Positions 1 through 9,596 of a DNA stretch of 64,000 nt are shown here, piece after piece (the stretch's first letter is position 1; each line of letters begins with the position of its first letter). Below the pieces are notes generated by a model. It saw only the letters and a program-made list of their open reading frames with translations. It was not told the DNA's origin and made no database searches. Source of the stretch: Candidatus Kaftiobacterium secundum (lineage in GTDB: Bacteria; Sysuimicrobiota; Sysuimicrobiia; Sysuimicrobiales; Kaftiobacteriaceae); the NCBI GenBank assembly GCA_031459765.1, contig JAVKHY010000002.1, positions 257,350 to 321,349 of the forward strand, read 5' to 3'. The translations under genes and the position numbers were made by a program.

Positions 1-149
1 CCTCAGGCGCGGTGACCACGGGCGGAGGCGTCGACACCTGCAGGATGACTGTACCACGAGGATTGTCCCGGCGGCGGCCCGAAGCCGGGAATGCTTCGAC
101 CGCCGGGGCGTGTCTGGTATAATCTCTTGGTAGACAACTGCATAGGCAT

Positions 150-255
150 GTCTCCGGGGAGCTCGGGAGAGCCGGGCTGAGAGGGCATCCAGATCCGATG
201 CCGACCCTTCGGACCCGATCCAGGTAATGCTGGCGTGGGGAAGTTGCAGCGATCT
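150..255 (+). promoter_or_regulatory. TPP (THI-box) riboswitch upstream of the thiamine operon
   Basis: Contains the conserved CTGAGA motif followed by ACCCTTCGGACCCGATCCAGGTAATGCTGGCGTGGGGAAG, matching the THI-box consensus (ACCYTTTGAACCTGATCTGGATAATGCCAGCGNAGGGAA). It lies directly 5' of the first thi gene, whose RBS AGGAGGGGA is at ~312-320. Confidence 0.6.
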
Positions 256-325
256 CGCCGACCGCCGGCCCGGACTCGGGCCGGCGGTTTCCTTTCCCCG
301 CGACCGACTTCAGGAGGGGAGAGCG

Positions 326-829
326 ATGTCCGCCCGCAGGCTGGTCCTCAGCGCGCTGTTTGCCGCGCTGCCGGTGGTCTTTTCCTTCGTCCCCGGCGCG
401 ATCCCCGTGGCCGGGGCCAAGGTGCTTCCCTGGCAACACATGGTCAACGCCATCGCCGGAGTGCTCGTGGGGCCGTGGTACGCAGCGGTGAGCGCCACCA
501 TCGCCGCGATCCTGCGCAACGCCCTGGGCGTGGGAACCCTGCTCGCCTTCCCCGGCGGGATCCCCGGGGCGCTGGTCGTGGGTTTCGCCTATCGGTACTG
601 GAAGCGTGAGTGGACGGGGCTGCTGGAGCCCCTCGGCACCGGGCCGGTCGGGGCGACGATCGGTGCCCTCCTGGTCGCACCGGCCCTGATGGGCCGGGCC
701 ATCCCGCTGGCGGCGCTGCTGCCGGCATTCCTCGCCAGCTCGATCCCCGGAGCCGTCCTCGGCGTGATCGTCCTGAAGGTCCTGCAGCGGGCCGGCGCGC
801 TCCGCTGGGCCGTTGAGGGAGGACACTAG
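326..829 (+). CDS. thiW: ECF-transporter S component, ThiW-like (thiazole/thiamine-precursor uptake), ~168 aa
   Basis: ATG at 326 with strong RBS. Small polytopic membrane protein (GAIPVAG..., several hydrophobic helices). First gene after the TPP riboswitch, in operon with cytX/thiM/thiE. The ORF-table start at 227 lies inside the riboswitch and is rejected. Confidence 0.5.
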   Translation: MSARRLVLSALFAALPVVFSFVPGAIPVAGAKVLPWQHMVNAIAGVLVGPWYAAVSATIAAILRNALGVGTLLAFPGGIPGALVVGFAYRYWKREWTGLLEPLGTGPVGATIGALLVAPALMGRAIPLAALLPAFLASSIPGAVLGVIVLKVLQRAGALRWAVEGGH

Positions 830-830
830 G

Positions 831-2267
831 GTGGCGGTGCAGACGCGGGCCCGGCCGTGGATTCAGGCCCCGCCGGAGTGGGGGATCGAACCCGTTCCGG
901 CCGTCCACCGCCAACTCGGCCTGCTGGATTACTTCGCGCTGTGGTCGAGCCTCGGCGTGGGCCTGCTCGTCCTGCTGGCCGGGACGCTCCTTGTGCCCGG
1001 GCTGGGATTCCGGGACGCGCTGGCCGCGATCGTCGTCGGCACGCTGGCCGGGAACCTCCTGCTGGCGCTGGCCGGCGTCATCGGCAGCGCCACCGCGGTA
1101 CCCACGATGGTCCTCCTGCGCCCCGCGCTCGGGGTGCGCGGGTCGTACCTGCCGACGGTCCTCAACGTCGTGCAGCTCATCGGCTGGGGATCCTTTGAGG
1201 TCTTCATCATGGCCCGCGCCGCCGACGGGATCAGCAGGGCGCTCTTCGGCCTGGAGAACTTCGTGGGCTGGGCCTTCGTCTTCGCCGCCTTCTGCACGCT
1301 GCTGGCCATCGGCGGCCCGCTGGTGGTGGTCCGGCGCTGGCTGGAGCGGTTTGCGATCTGGCTGGTGTACCTCAGCACCGGCTACCTCACCTGGTACCTG
1401 ATCACCCACGCCGACCTGGCCGCGATCCTGGCCCGGCCGGGCGACGGCAGCCTGTCCTTCTGGCTGGCCGTCGATCTGGTGATCGCGATGCCGGTCTCGT
1501 GGCTGCCGCTGGTCGCGGACTACAACCGGTTCGCCCGCCGTCCGGGGGCGGCATTCGCGGGGACCTATGCCGGCTATCTGGTGGCGAACGTCTGGTTCTA
1601 CGCCCTGGGGGCCCTCTTCGTCCTGGCGCTCCACACCACCGACCTCGTCCCGGCGATCATGAGCCTGACCGGCGGGTGGGCGGCCCTGGTGCTGCTGCTG
1701 GTGGACGAGACCGACAACGCCTTCGCCAACATCTACTCCACGGCGGTCAGCCTGCAGAACATCTTCCCCCGCGCCCGGCAGCGGTGGCTGGCCGTGCTCG
1801 TCGGCGCCCTCTGCTTCCTGCTGGCGATCCGGGTGAACGTCCTGCAGTATGAGAGCTTCCTGTTCCTCATCGGAGCCTTCTTCGTCCCGCTCTTCGGTGT
1901 GCTGGCCGCGGACTTCTTCGTGGTGCGCCGGCAGCGTTACGACATCCCCGCCCTGTACCGGGAGCACGGCCCCTACTGGTACCGGACCGGCATCAACGGG
2001 TGGGCGCTGGCGGCCTGGCTGGCCGGTTTCGTGGTCTACCAGTGGATCGTGCCCACGGAAATTCCCGGCTGGAAGGCGTTGCTCCAGAGCCTCTTCAGTG
2101 CCGTCGGCCTGCCCTTTCCGTTGAGCGCGCGCTATCCGTGGCTCGGGGCGTCGATCCCCGGGTTCCTCCTCGCCGCCGCGCTGTATCTGGTCGCCACACC
2201 TGCCGTGCGGCGCCGTGATCTGGTGCAGGCGGCCGCCGCGGGGCCAGATGCGCCGGATTCCCGATGA
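831..2267 (+). CDS. cytX: NCS1-family permease, probable hydroxymethylpyrimidine transporter CytX
   Basis: ~12-TM protein with NCS1 (cytosine/purine/thiamine permease) features. GTG at 831 preceded by GAGGGAGG; the alternative TTG at 813 overlaps the thiW stop. Sits inside the thiamine operon. Confidence 0.6.
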   Translation: MAVQTRARPWIQAPPEWGIEPVPAVHRQLGLLDYFALWSSLGVGLLVLLAGTLLVPGLGFRDALAAIVVGTLAGNLLLALAGVIGSATAVPTMVLLRPALGVRGSYLPTVLNVVQLIGWGSFEVFIMARAADGISRALFGLENFVGWAFVFAAFCTLLAIGGPLVVVRRWLERFAIWLVYLSTGYLTWYLITHADLAAILARPGDGSLSFWLAVDLVIAMPVSWLPLVADYNRFARRPGAAFAGTYAGYLVANVWFYALGALFVLALHTTDLVPAIMSLTGGWAALVLLLVDETDNAFANIYSTAVSLQNIFPRARQRWLAVLVGALCFLLAIRVNVLQYESFLFLIGAFFVPLFGVLAADFFVVRRQRYDIPALYREHGPYWYRTGINGWALAAWLAGFVVYQWIVPTEIPGWKALLQSLFSAVGLPFPLSARYPWLGASIPGFLLAAALYLVATPAVRRRDLVQAAAAGPDAPDSR

Positions 2268-3130
2268 CCCCCTCCCCGTCGCCCGAAGCGGTGTTCGGTG
2301 GCCGGCTGCTCGATGAGATCCGCCGCCGCCGTCCCATCATCCACCACCTGGCGAACTTCGTGACGATGAACGATGTGGCCGCGGCCACGCGCGCCGTCGG
2401 GGCGATGCCCATCATGGCGATGAGTCCGGCGGAGGTTGAGGAGGTCGCGGGCCGGGCCGACGCGCTGGTCATCAGCCTGGGGACGCCGACCGACGACCGT
2501 CTAAAGGCCATCGACCTGGCCGTCACCGTGGCCCGAAGGCGCGGCATCCCCGTGATCATCGACCCCGTGGGCGCGGGGGCGTCCGGACTGCGCACGGAGC
2601 GGGCGTTGGCCGTGATCCGCGCCATCCCCCGGCCGATCATCCGGGCCAACCCGGCCGAAGCCGCGGCGCTGGTGGGCGAGGCCGCGGACCTCCGGGGGGT
2701 GGAGTCCATCGGTGCGGCCGACCCCGCGGCCCTGGCCCTCAAACTGGTCCGGGAAGGCGGTGTGGCGGTGATCACGGGACGGCGCGACATCATCACCGAC
2801 GGCAGGCGGACGCTGGCCGTCGACAACGGCCATGCCTGGCTGGCCGCCCTGCCGGGCGCGGGCTGCATGGCCACGGCGGTTGTCGGGGCCTTCGCCGCGG
2901 TCGGGAGCGGGGACGCTGTAACCGCGGCCGCCGCGGGGATCGCCTCGTTCGGCCTGGCCGCCGAACAGGCCGCCGGCCGGGCCCGGGGACCGGGGACGCT
3001 CAAGCCCGCCCTTCTCGATGCGCTGTTTGCGATGACGGGGAGGGAACTGGCGGCCGGGATGCGGTGCGTGCCCGTGACCTCACCGGCCGCACCTCCTGCT
3101 CCGCGGAGGACAACCCGTGCGCCGCGTTGA
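2264..3130 (+). CDS. thiM: hydroxyethylthiazole kinase
   Basis: NFVTMNDVAAA... motif and length (288 aa) typical of ThiM. ATG overlaps the cytX stop (ATGA). Confidence 0.85.
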   Translation: MTPSPSPEAVFGGRLLDEIRRRRPIIHHLANFVTMNDVAAATRAVGAMPIMAMSPAEVEEVAGRADALVISLGTPTDDRLKAIDLAVTVARRRGIPVIIDPVGAGASGLRTERALAVIRAIPRPIIRANPAEAAALVGEAADLRGVESIGAADPAALALKLVREGGVAVITGRRDIITDGRRTLAVDNGHAWLAALPGAGCMATAVVGAFAAVGSGDAVTAAAAGIASFGLAAEQAAGRARGPGTLKPALLDALFAMTGRELAAGMRCVPVTSPAAPPAPRRTTRAPR

Positions 3131-3767
3131 CTACAGCGTCTATGTGATCACCGACCGCAGCATCGGGGGCGGCCGCAGCCACGAGGAGATGGTTGCCGCC
3201 GCCATCGCCGGCGGGGCCACGATCGTCCAGGTGCGAGAAAAGCGCCTGCCCACGCGGGCCTTCGTCGAGGCGGTGGCGCGTGCGCGCGCCGTCGCCGTCG
3301 CGGCGGGGATCCCCCTGATCGTCAACGACCGGGTCGATGTGGCGCTGGCGGTCGATGCGGACGGCGTCCACGTCGGTCCCGACGACCTCCCGGTGGCGGT
3401 GGCACGGCGGCTGCTGGGTCGGCACAAGATCGTGGGCGCCTCGGCGGGGACGGTGGAAGAAGCGGTGGCCGCCGAGCGCGACGGCGCCACCTACCTGGGG
3501 GTCGGCAGCGTCTTTGCCACATCGTCGAAACCCGATGCCGGCGCGCCGATCGGCGTCGCCGCGCTGCAGGAGATTGTCCGCGCCGTCCGCATCCCCGTTG
3601 TCGGCATCGGCGGGATCACCGCGGCCAATGCTTCCCGGGTGATCGCCGCCGGCGCATCCGGCGTGGCCGTGATCTCGTCGGTCGTGGGTGCAGACGACAT
3701 CACCGCGGCAACGCGACGGCTCGTGGAGGTGGTCCGTGCGGCCCGACACGCAACTGCGTCTGGCTGA
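3117..3767 (+). CDS. thiE: thiamine-phosphate synthase
   Basis: YVITD...IVQVREK...GADGVHVG...GAS...YLGVGSVFAT...GIGGI motifs of the TMP-synthase TIM barrel. GTG start with RBS GCGGAGGA. Confidence 0.85.
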   Translation: MRRVDYSVYVITDRSIGGGRSHEEMVAAAIAGGATIVQVREKRLPTRAFVEAVARARAVAVAAGIPLIVNDRVDVALAVDADGVHVGPDDLPVAVARRLLGRHKIVGASAGTVEEAVAAERDGATYLGVGSVFATSSKPDAGAPIGVAALQEIVRAVRIPVVGIGGITAANASRVIAAGASGVAVISSVVGADDITAATRRLVEVVRAARHATASG

Positions 3768-4761
3768 ACTGGGGGAAGCAGGAGTGCTGGAGGCGATCCG
3801 GCGCATCGCGACCACCACCGATCCCGACGTCATCGTCGGCGTGGGGGACGATGGGGCGGTGGTGCGCTGTCCTGCCGGCCGCCACTTGGTCGCCACCTGC
3901 GACATCCAGATCGACGGCGTGCACTTCCGACGGGCCACCGCCGCGGCCTTCGACATCGGCTGGAAGGCGATGGCCATCAACCTCAGCGATGTGGCAGCGA
4001 TGGGGGGCATCCCGCGGTTCGCCCTGGTCTCGCTGGCCCTGCCGACGGACTTGGCCCTGGCCTGGGTGGAAGAGCTGTACCACGGGTTGACCGGGATCGG
4101 CGGCCGGCACGGGGTCTCCGTGATCGGCGGAAACCTCTCCCGCACCGCGGGGCCGCTCACTGTGGACGTGACGGTTCTGGGAGAGGTCGAGCCCCACGCC
4201 CTCGTCCGTCGCACCGGGGCGCGGCCCGGGGACGCCGTGCTGGTCACCGGGGATCTGGGGGCCTCCGGAGCGGGACGGCGGCTCGCCGAGCGGGGCCTCC
4301 GCTTTCCCGGCAGCGACCGCCTGATCGCCGCGCACCTGCGGCCCTCCCCCCGGATGGACGAAGGGCGGGTGGCCGCGCTGTCGGGGTGGGCCACGGCGAT
4401 GATCGACCTCTCCGACGGCCTGGCCCTGGACCTGAGCCGACTGTGCGATGCCGGAGGCCTCGGCGTCCGCCTCGACGCCCGGGCCCTCCCCATCGGCGAG
4501 GATGTGCGGCGCGCCGCGGCGCTCCTGGGAATGGAGGCCCTTGAGCTCGCGCTGTTCGGCGGGGAGGACTACGAACTGCTCATCGCCTCGCCGCCGACCC
4601 GCGCCGCGGATCTGGCCCGACGCATCACCGCGCAGACGGGGACGCCGGTGACGGCCATCGGGACCTTCGTGCCCCCGGAGGACGGACGGCAGCTGATCAC
4701 CGCCGACGGGCCGACCCCGATCCTCGCCCGGGGCTGGGACCACTTCGGGGAGGCGCGGTGA
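3736..4761 (+). CDS. thiL: thiamine-monophosphate kinase
   Basis: AIR-synthase-related fold (LAELGEAGVLEAIRR..., VGVGDDGAVV, GGNLSRT). GTG at 3736 follows GGAGGTGG; the ORF-table start at 3688 overlaps thiE extensively. Confidence 0.75.
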   Translation: MRPDTQLRLAELGEAGVLEAIRRIATTTDPDVIVGVGDDGAVVRCPAGRHLVATCDIQIDGVHFRRATAAAFDIGWKAMAINLSDVAAMGGIPRFALVSLALPTDLALAWVEELYHGLTGIGGRHGVSVIGGNLSRTAGPLTVDVTVLGEVEPHALVRRTGARPGDAVLVTGDLGASGAGRRLAERGLRFPGSDRLIAAHLRPSPRMDEGRVAALSGWATAMIDLSDGLALDLSRLCDAGGLGVRLDARALPIGEDVRRAAALLGMEALELALFGGEDYELLIASPPTRAADLARRITAQTGTPVTAIGTFVPPEDGRQLITADGPTPILARGWDHFGEAR

Positions 4762-5609
4762 TGGTCATCCCGAGGGCGCTGACGATCGCCGGCTCGGATT
4801 CCGGGGGCGGCGCGGGCATCCAGGCCGACCTGAAGACCTTCGCCGCCCTGGGTGTCTTCGGGACCAGCGCCATCACGGCGCTGACGGCGCAGAATACCTG
4901 CGCCGTCACGGCGGTCGTGGAACTGGACCCGCAGTTCGTGGCGGCACAGATCGACGCCGTGGCCGGGGACATCGGCGTGGATGCAGCGAAGACCGGGATG
5001 CTGGCCAACGCCGCCATCATCGAGACCGTAGCGCAAAAGGTCCGAGAGCACCGCATCGAGCGCCTGGTGGTCGATCCCGTGATGGTGGCGAAGAGCGGCG
5101 CCTCCCTCCTGCGTCCGGAGGCGGTGGAGGCCCTCCGTCGGCTGCTGCTGCCGCTGGCCCTGGTGGTCACGCCCAATCTCCCCGAGGCCTCGGTTCTGGT
5201 CGGACACCCGATCCGGACCGAGGCGGAGATGGAGGCGGCGGCGCGCCGCATCCTGACGCTGGGACCCCGGACCGTGGTGGTGAAGGGCGGCCACCTGCAG
5301 GGAAGCGCCGAGGCGCTGGACCTGTTCTTCGACGGGCAGCGATTCCGCCGCTTCGTCGCCCCGCGCATCCCGACCACGAACACCCACGGGACCGGATGCG
5401 TGTTCTCGGCGGCGATCGCCGCAGGGCTGGCGCAGGGACTGGCCCCGGCGGAGGCCGTGGCGCGGGCGAAGCGATTTGTGACCCTGGCGATCAAAGGCGG
5501 CCTGCCGCTGGGACGAGGGCACGGCCCGGCCAACCCCATGGCCGGATGGCCGCGAGCCGGTCCCGGACGGCGCCGCGCAAGAAGCGAAAAACCGAAGGAG
5601 GCCGGCTGA
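4758..5609 (+). CDS. thiD: hydroxymethylpyrimidine/phosphomethylpyrimidine kinase
   Basis: ALTIAGSDSGGGAGIQADLKT N-terminus and GTGC ribokinase-family motif. Start overlaps the thiL stop. Confidence 0.85.
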   Translation: MMVIPRALTIAGSDSGGGAGIQADLKTFAALGVFGTSAITALTAQNTCAVTAVVELDPQFVAAQIDAVAGDIGVDAAKTGMLANAAIIETVAQKVREHRIERLVVDPVMVAKSGASLLRPEAVEALRRLLLPLALVVTPNLPEASVLVGHPIRTEAEMEAAARRILTLGPRTVVVKGGHLQGSAEALDLFFDGQRFRRFVAPRIPTTNTHGTGCVFSAAIAAGLAQGLAPAEAVARAKRFVTLAIKGGLPLGRGHGPANPMAGWPRAGPGRRRARSEKPKEAG

Positions 5610-6106
5610 TGAAACCCCGGGAGATTGCCGTCGGCGGGTTGCTCACGGCGCTGGCGCTGCTCATTCCCTTCGCCTTCCGCGGGACGCCGCTGCAGCTGTT
5701 CATTCCCACGTTGCAGTACTCCGCGACCTTCGCCTCCCACGTGCCCTCGATGCTGGCCATGCTGGTCGGTCCCGCGGTGGCGGCGATGGTCGGCGTGGGG
5801 TCGGCCCTGGGATTCACCATCACATTGAATCCGGTTATCGGCGCGCGCGCCTTCACCCATGCCGTCTGGGGCGTGCTGGGGGCGGTGATGATCCGGCGCC
5901 GCGCGTCCTTCTGGCTGGCCCTGCTGGCCGCCCTGCCGGTCCACGCTCTGGGGGAAGGCGCGGTCGTCTGGTGGTTGGGCCCCGGGCTTCAGGCCGGCAC
6001 CCTGGTCGCCGCCGGCACGGTGGCCCACCACACGATCGATTCCATCATCAGCCTGGCCGTCTTTCGGCTGGTCCTGCCGGCCCTGCGCCCGCAGCCGGCA
6101 GAGTGA
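5609..6106 (+). CDS. small polytopic membrane protein, probable second ECF S-component (HMP/thiamine-related)
   Basis: ATG at 5609 with strong RBS GAAGGAGG. ~165 aa with 5-6 hydrophobic helices, last gene of the thi operon. No ECF A/T components in the window. Confidence 0.4.
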   Translation: MKPREIAVGGLLTALALLIPFAFRGTPLQLFIPTLQYSATFASHVPSMLAMLVGPAVAAMVGVGSALGFTITLNPVIGARAFTHAVWGVLGAVMIRRRASFWLALLAALPVHALGEGAVVWWLGPGLQAGTLVAAGTVAHHTIDSIISLAVFRLVLPALRPQPAE

Positions 6107-6125
6107 GCTGGGGGAAGCACCCGCC

Positions 6126-8837
6126 CTACCCGATCAGCTTCCGCACCACGTAGGGCAGGATGCCGCCGTGCCGGTAGTATTCCACCTCGATCGGGAGATC
6201 GAGGCGGGAGAGCACCTGGAAGGTGCGCTCCGCTCCGTCGGCCCGCACCGCGCGCACCGTGAGTTTTTGTCCGGGCCGCAGACCTTCGGCGATCCCCAGG
6301 ATATCGAAGGTCTCGGTGCCGTCCAGGCCGAGGGCCTCCGGTCCCTCGCCGGGCAGGAACTCCAGGGGCAGGATGCCCATCTGCACCAGGTTGGCGCGGT
6401 GAATGCGCTCGAAACTCTGGGCGATCACCGCGCGGACACCCAGCAGCAGCGGCCCCTTGGCCGCCCAGTCGCGTGAGCTGCCCGAGCCGTACTCCCTGCC
6501 GGCGAGCACCAGCAGCGGCGTTCCCTCCGCCCGGTAGTGCATCGCGGCGTCGTAGACCGGCAGCACCTCTCCCGAGGGGAGATGGGTCGTCCACCCGCCC
6601 TCCCGGCCGCCGGCCAGGCGGTTGCGCAGGCGGACGTTGGCGAAGGTTCCGCGGACCAGCACGTCGTGGGCCCCGCGCCGCGCGCCGTAGGTGTTGAAGT
6701 CGGCGGGAGCCACCCCGCGCTCGGTGAGGAAGCGACCGGCCGGCGTGTCTCGGGAGAAGGTTCCGGCCGGAGAGATGTGGTCGGTCGTGACCGAGTCGCC
6801 GAGCCAGACCAGCACGCGCGCCCCGCGGATGTCGGCGGGCTCGCCGGGTGTCGCGGCGACCTGCTCGAGGAACGGCGGACGCTGCACATAGGTGGAGTGG
6901 GGATCCCACCGATACACGGTACTCGTCGGTACCGGCAGCGTCCGCCAGGTCTCGTCGCCCCGGAACACCTCGCGGTACCGTTCCGCAAACAACTCCGCCG
7001 ACACGGCGCTGCGGATCACGGCGCGGATCTCCTCCTTCCGCGGCCACAGGTCGCGCAGGAAGACCGGACGGCCGGCACGATCGGTGCCGAGAGGCTCTCG
7101 GGTCAGATCAATGTTCACCGTTCCGGCCAGGGCGAAGGCCACGACCAGAGGCGGGGAGGCTAGGTAGCTGGCGCGCACCAGCGGATGAATCCGTCCCTCG
7201 AAGTTGCGGTTGCCGCTCAGGACGGCGACGGCCACCAGGTTCTGGGCCTGGATGGCCTCGGCCACAGGCTGCGGCAGCGGCCCGCTGTTTCCGATGCAGG
7301 TGGTGCAGCCGTACCCGACGGTGTAGAAGCCCAGCGCCTCCAGGTAGCGCGTCAGCCCGGCGCGCTGGAGGTAGGCGCTGACCACCGCCGATCCCGGCGC
7401 CAGGCTCGTCTTCACGGCGGGACTCACCGAGAGGCCGCGTTCCACGGCCTTCTTCGCCAGCAGCCCCGCGGCGATCATCACCTCCGGGTTCGAGGTGTTC
7501 GTGCAGGAGGTGATCGCGGCGATCACGACAGAACCGTGCGTGAGTTCCGCGGTGCGATCACCGATGCGCACCTGGGTGGCCGGCGGACGCTCGGCGACGG
7601 CGACGCCAGTGCCGGAGGCGCCGGAGGGACCTTCTGGGGCGGCGATCCGGTCGGCGAAGGCGGCGCGAAAGCTCGGGCCGCTGCCGGCCAGCGGCACGCG
7701 GTCCTGGGGCCGCCGCGGGCCGGCCAGGCTCGGCTCGACCGTGGCCAGGTCCAGTTCGACCACCTGATCGAATACGGGCTCAGGCCCTCCGGCTGTGCGG
7801 AACATCCCCTGGGCGCGGGCGTAGGCTTCCACGAGCCGCACCTGCGGCTCGGGGCGCCCCGTCAGCCGGAGGTAGGCCAGCGTCTCCTCGTCGATGGGGA
7901 AGAGGGCGCTGGTGGCCCCGTACTCCGGGCACATGTTGGCGATCGTCGCCCGGTCCGGCAGCGACAGCGCGCGGAGGCCGGGCCCGAAGAACTCCACAAA
8001 CTTGCCCACCACGCCCACCGAACGCAGCCGTTGTGTGATCGTCAGCACCAGATCGGTGGCGGTCACCCCCTCGGCCAGCTCGCCGACCAGCCGGACGCCG
8101 ACCACCTCGGGGCGGGTGAGGAAGATCGGCTGGCCCAGCAGCACGGCTTCGGCCTCGATGCCGCCGACTCCCCAGCCCAGCACCCCCAGGCCGTTGATCA
8201 TCGTGGTGTGCGAGTCCGTCCCGACGACCGTGTCCGGGAATGCGACGAGGGCACCGTCTGCGGCCCGGGTCCCCACGACCGTGGCCAGGTACTCCAGGTT
8301 CACCTGATGCACGATGCCCGTTCCGGGGGGGACGACGCGCAGGTTGTCGAAGGCGCTCTGCGCCCACCGCAGCAGCATGTAGCGCTCCCGATTCCGCTCG
8401 TATTCCAGGGCCACGTTGCGCTCGAAGGCCAGCGGTGTGCCGTAGACGTCCACCTGGACGGAGTGGTCGATGACCAGGTCGGCGGGGACGACCGGATTCA
8501 CCCGGGCCGGGTCCCCGCCGAGACGCTGTACGGCATCGCGCATCGCCGCCAGATCGACCACCACCGGTACGCCGGTGAAGTCCTGCAGCAACACCCGCGC
8601 GGGCAGGAAGGGAAACTCCCCGTCCAGGGTCCGGCCGGGCTCCCAAGCCGCCAGGCGCGCCGCGTGCCCGGCCGCAAACGCCCCGCTCCCGGCATGGCGC
8701 AGGAGGTTCTCCAGCAGCACCTTCACGGTGAAGGGCAGCCGCTCCAGCCCCACCGCAACCCGCCCCTCCAGGGCGGCGAGCGGGACGTACTCGAGCGTTC
8801 TATCGTCGAGACGAAGCACCTGACGCGTCACGGACAT
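6126..8837 (-). CDS. acnA: aconitate hydratase A
   Basis: 903 aa with full-length aconitase/IRP family features throughout the N-terminus and Fe-S ligand regions. ATG with RBS GGGAGG. Confidence 0.9.
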   Translation of the reverse strand: MSVTRQVLRLDDRTLEYVPLAALEGRVAVGLERLPFTVKVLLENLLRHAGSGAFAAGHAARLAAWEPGRTLDGEFPFLPARVLLQDFTGVPVVVDLAAMRDAVQRLGGDPARVNPVVPADLVIDHSVQVDVYGTPLAFERNVALEYERNRERYMLLRWAQSAFDNLRVVPPGTGIVHQVNLEYLATVVGTRAADGALVAFPDTVVGTDSHTTMINGLGVLGWGVGGIEAEAVLLGQPIFLTRPEVVGVRLVGELAEGVTATDLVLTITQRLRSVGVVGKFVEFFGPGLRALSLPDRATIANMCPEYGATSALFPIDEETLAYLRLTGRPEPQVRLVEAYARAQGMFRTAGGPEPVFDQVVELDLATVEPSLAGPRRPQDRVPLAGSGPSFRAAFADRIAAPEGPSGASGTGVAVAERPPATQVRIGDRTAELTHGSVVIAAITSCTNTSNPEVMIAAGLLAKKAVERGLSVSPAVKTSLAPGSAVVSAYLQRAGLTRYLEALGFYTVGYGCTTCIGNSGPLPQPVAEAIQAQNLVAVAVLSGNRNFEGRIHPLVRASYLASPPLVVAFALAGTVNIDLTREPLGTDRAGRPVFLRDLWPRKEEIRAVIRSAVSAELFAERYREVFRGDETWRTLPVPTSTVYRWDPHSTYVQRPPFLEQVAATPGEPADIRGARVLVWLGDSVTTDHISPAGTFSRDTPAGRFLTERGVAPADFNTYGARRGAHDVLVRGTFANVRLRNRLAGGREGGWTTHLPSGEVLPVYDAAMHYRAEGTPLLVLAGREYGSGSSRDWAAKGPLLLGVRAVIAQSFERIHRANLVQMGILPLEFLPGEGPEALGLDGTETFDILGIAEGLRPGQKLTVRAVRADGAERTFQVLSRLDLPIEVEYYRHGGILPYVVRKLIG

Positions 8838-8934
8838 CCTCCCGGCGGACAGGGATCAACCATCACGAGTATACAACCCGCCGACCGGGACGGTCTGCGG
8901 CCGAGCGGATCGGGACCGGGATCCGCCACCGGCC

Positions 8935-9336
8935 CTACGCGGACCGGTCCAGCGCGGCGTGAATCGCGGCGATGAGGTCCCTGCCGACGCGGTTCTTGGG
9001 AACGACCCCGTCGGCGCCCATGGCCCGGGCCGCCTTCACGTAGTCGTCCCCCAGGTCGCCGGGCAGCAGGGCGATAATGACGAGGTTCGGATTGAGTTTC
9101 TTCGCCGCGAGGCAGCCGGGCAGTCCCGCGGCGCCGAACAGCCACGGGTCGACGACCAGCACGTCCGGCCGGCGCTCGCGGATCAGGCGGATGGTCTCCT
9201 CGATCGTCCCCGCGGTGCCGGCGACTTCAAACCGTTGGTCGCCGACCAGGACCATCCCGATGGCCTCGCGCGCCGCAGCATGCGGGTCGGCGACGAGGAC
9301 CCGATACGGTCGGGGAGATGCCTGCGCAGCGGACAT
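8935..9336 (-). CDS. single-domain response-regulator receiver protein
   Basis: VLVADPH...DVLVVDPWL...K(K) receiver-domain layout. Start (ATG 9336 vs the upstream alternative 9387) uncertain. Confidence 0.55.
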   Translation of the reverse strand: MSAAQASPRPYRVLVADPHAAAREAIGMVLVGDQRFEVAGTAGTIEETIRLIRERRPDVLVVDPWLFGAAGLPGCLAAKKLNPNLVIIALLPGDLGDDYVKAARAMGADGVVPKNRVGRDLIAAIHAALDRSA

Positions 9337-9596
9337 AGCCACAGTCGATATGGCGGGCACCGCGCATCGGCCCCCTGTAGAAGTCACGCCCCTGCGGGAC
9401 GTCTGGACGCCCCACGCCTCCGAGGCGGTGCCCGCGCGCCTTTGCAGGCATGGTAGCAGCGAACCGGCCCGGCCACTATCCGCCCCGCGGCTGATTCCCC
9501 TCGGGCCTGGGCCCTATGGGCACGAGCAAACTGAATGGCTGAGGCCGAAGGCGTCGAAGCGGTTCGGCTCGGCGGGCCGGCCAGGACACCGGCGAA

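Noticed and set aside
227-829. Extended 200-aa version of the thiW-like ORF starting at 227
   Set aside because: The first ~100 nt overlap the THI-box riboswitch. The ATG at 326 has a strong RBS and gives a normal-length S-component.
444-1967. 507-aa ORF antisense to thiW/cytX. Many similar long antisense or out-of-frame ORFs occur (for example 3000-4493, 4697-6031, 7185-8975, 9630-11219, 12913-15378, 16226-18034, 27967-30351, 32341-34557, 35422-37206).
   Set aside because: Arg/Pro/Gly-rich low-complexity translations typical of stop-codon-poor frames in ~70% GC DNA. Each overlaps a gene with clear family signatures on the other strand.
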